This document shows positions 60,906-64,000 of a stretch of DNA of 64,000 nt, one piece after another; the stretch's first letter is position 1; the number at the start of each line of letters is the position of its first letter. The stretch is from Vicugna vicugna (taxonomy: Eukaryota). The stretch is taken from NCBI GenBank assembly GCA_013265495.1, contig MU058636.1, positions 9,232,239 through 9,296,238 on the forward strand. Direction: 5' to 3'. The notes beneath the pieces were generated by a model. It saw only the letters and a list, made by a program, of their open reading frames with translations, was not told the origin of the DNA and made no database searches. The position numbers and the translations under genes are program-made.

Positions 60906-63469
60906 TGTCATGCACAAGCCACATTTGTCTAATTACAGGGTTTTCCCTTGTGAACGATGAGGGGTATGGGTGGGGGCAGGGCAGAGCAAGGCGAGGGAGA
61001 GATTAACGCATCAACATCGGGTGTTTCTATCCCAAGTAATAAGCACTTTGGAAACACAGCCTTAGTGGGACAGGTTAGTGGAGGTAAAAAGAGCCCAGGA
61101 CGATGATCAGTTCAAAAGCAAGACTATTTCTTGGACCTCGATAGATCACTTTTAAAAAATAATCAAAACGTTTACTTGCTTTTTCAAAATGTGAGCCAGA
61201 AAGACATTTGGACATGTCTACTTTTAGGAAGAGGCTTCTGAATCTGTCTTCATTCCACATTTCCCTCTGAGGAAGAGAGAGACAGTAAATGAGTACAAAG
61301 AGTTAAAGGTTTCTTGTTCTTTTTTCTTTTCTTTTTCCTTCTGTCAAAAGATAAGGCTGACTTGCTTGTTAAATTTCACATTGGAGCTGGAACGCAGATT
61401 TTGGGAGAAATGTACCTTGGATTCTGTCAGCTCTCAAAAAAAGTTTAAGAGAACGGTGGGAGGCAAATATGCGTTGGACAGATCGGGGGGTGGGGGGCAT
61501 GGCAGTACTGCCCAGGCCTGCCAACAGCTGCTGATCTGATTTCCCTCTGTCCTGCCAGCGTTTGGGGAAAAGGAGCTGCCTGCTGTTTTAAACAGAGATA
61601 AACAATAGAAGCCGACAGGAAGCTTAAGGAAGGCAAAACCGGGGTGCGTAAAGGGGGTGCAGTGGACTCGAAGGCTCCACCTTGGAACTAGCAGGCTCTC
61701 CCTCTCGGATTCTTCTAGAACTCCAAATTTGAAAAAAAAAAAAGATGTTTTAATACATTGTTAGGATAATGAGATAGTTCAGCTACTCTGTTTCCCCGTC
61801 GCCGCCCTGTGGACATCTACAAAAGTATCTGCGTGACAGACCCTGACATAAACTGTAAAAGGCATCCAGACAAAAGAAAGAAAGAGAGGTGTGTTCCACC
61901 CACTTGCAGAGGGTGTGCTGGCAAGGCTCCGGTTACTCCCAGATGGGGAGAAGTCATGGGAGCCTCCTAATTTTAGGACGCAGACCAGGGTTGGTAAAAG
62001 AGACCTGTGAATGGAACATAGAGCTCTGCTATCCTGAGGAACTTTCTGGATGGAGATCGTATCCAGGTTTCTGAACCTGAAAAGAAAGGAAAAAAAAAAC
62101 ACTACCTTTCATGGAAGCCAAGAGGTCAGATCTGCACTTAAAAGGACACTGCAGTCTGAGGACACCTGGCTTTCCTGGGTGGTAGTAAGAAATGGGCCTC
62201 CGATTCTCAGAGGGAATGAGGAGATTGTGGTACCAGTGGCCTGGATGCAGGGGTGGGGCATGTTAGGAAAATAGCCTTTGGTGGACCCAGTGGTGCTGCG
62301 AAACCTCCAATAAAATAAGTTAGAGGTTCCAGCTAAACATGTCTCTGGTGATGACCCGAGATCCTTGACTCCTATGACCAGTGGGGTCTGAAAGACATGG
62401 AAATACATAGAAACATGTAAGAATAAATGGATCAGCATAACGTATGATCTCAGATGCAACTCTGGATGTATGGTAAGCCAGACGCTTCTTGGATTTGGGA
62501 AGATACAAAAGAAATATTTACTTTCATAATATCAGCAAGAATCACTGAGATTTGTTCTAGGAATACTAGGAATTAAAGGACAGATTCCAAGGGTTTTCTC
62601 TGTCTCTTCTGTAGTTTTGATGACATGTAAGTAGTTACACAAATCCGTCATGCATTTGTTTACTCAGACCTTATTACCAACGTTCCCCACAGTTCGCCAG
62701 TTCAGTCTAGCGCATTGCCTCTCCTCTTCCTGAATGAAGTGGAGCAAGTCCACTTGCACACCCTAAACCAGACTCCCATGCACATCTACACATGTAAATT
62801 TCAACACGCATGAACACACGTTCATGTCCCTCCCAACCCAGGGTTATCTGGGGGGACGTAGGCTGGGAGGCAGGAAATAAGGATTCTAGTTGTGGCTCTC
62901 TGGGTCATAAACTGGAAGACTTAAACTGCTTGTGATCCGGTTTCTTCATAGCAGGAGGAGTGGGACTAGAGTATCGAGCTATAAAAGCCTTTTCTTCCAA
63001 GAGGTTATAGAGAAAGGTGGGTAGAGTGGGAGGTTAGTGAATGGATCAGCATCTAAGGCATTTCTAAGCAAGAGAGAAGTGGAAATACAGACTACTCTTG
63101 GGAAACTTACATACAAACACTCACACAGTAACTTTAAGTCAAAGTATAAAATTTGGGGGCCTACTCCTTATTGGGTATTTTCAAGGATGACAATCAGCAA
63201 GGGCCATATCTCTCCTTCCATCAGTCTGATACCTCGGCCACCTCCATGGCTTCCCAAGATAACCCACCCCTCTTGGGGAGAGGGCTCCCCTAATCATTAT
63301 AAAATTCATTCTCTAGTTGAGATAAAGTCTGCCTGTTCTTGATTCTTTTCATTATTATTTAAATCCATTCTCTTCCAACCAGAATATGGAACAAGCAGGG
63401 AATGACAGTGCATGACAAAAGAGTTCCCCAAGTAGGCTGTGCGCACCCTTTTCAGTCACCAGGTGAATG

Positions 63470-64000
63470 CAAGCTAAAACCAGAATGAATTATCTCTACA
63501 CAAACATCAGAATGGCAGAAAGTTAAAAGTCCGAGCGTGAGCAGGGATGTGAAGCCACAGAAACTCTTGGATGTTGCCGGCTAGAATGTCAAATAACATA
63601 AGCACTGCGGAAAACTGTTTGACGATTTCTGCTAAAGCTAACGGAGGTCCATCTTATTATCTAGTAATTCACACCAAGAGAAAGAAGTTCGTATGTCCAC
63701 AAAAATCCACGCACTAGAATGTTCAGAGCAGTTTTATACACAATAGCTTCAAACTAGAAATAAGCCAAAAGCTCACCAACTGAAAAATTAATAGTAGCAT
63801 ATTTGTACAGTGGAAAACCACATAGTGATGAAGAGAGAAAAGCACTAAATACACAACAGCGTGAATATATCTGATAGAAATTAGGTTCCATGAAAAACGC
63901 CAGCCACAAAAAACCATCCTATGTGATTTCCGTTCTTTTGAAGTTCATGAAGTGCCAAGACGAGCACTTAGTTGAAGTCTCTTCTGAGCTGCTCCCCCAC
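63470..64000 (+). mobile_element. Old L1 3' region (L1ME-like)
   Basis: ATCAGAATGGC, GGAAAACTGTTTG, TATGTCCACAAAAA..GAATGTTCAGAGCAG. Confidence 0.7.

Overview
This is mammalian genomic DNA, most likely camelid, judged from repeated Vic-1-like tRNA-derived SINEs and cetartiodactyl-type L1 3' ends. The first ~18 kb holds the head-to-head gene pair PROSER1 and NHLRC3, which share a CpG-island bidirectional promoter. PROSER1 is on the minus strand, with coding exons 1-3 here and the rest beyond the left edge. NHLRC3 is on the plus strand, complete, with 7 coding exons, 1107 nt, 368 aa and all GT-AG introns. The remaining ~46 kb is intergenic and repeat-rich (L1, L2, MIR, MaLR/MLT1 LTRs, an ERV-L reverse transcriptase fragment, hAT DNA transposons, SINEs, microsatellites), and I recognise no further protein-coding gene there. 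Best leads: (1) NHLRC3 keeps the Zn-ligand His triad and both Arg of the PAM lyase (PAL) active site but has Asp where the catalytic Tyr sits, and has a CLEAR-like promoter motif, suggesting an orphan secretory/lysosomal metalloenzyme. (2) An apparent stop-codon loss adds 19 aa to NHLRC3, next to a strongly GC-shifted exon segment. (3) An orphan CpG-rich segment at ~47.1-47.8 kb carries a strong splice donor. Gene identities, comparisons to human/rat proteins and repeat family names come from recall, not from searches, and repeat boundaries are approximate. I found no clear evidence of a wholly new multi-gene system.
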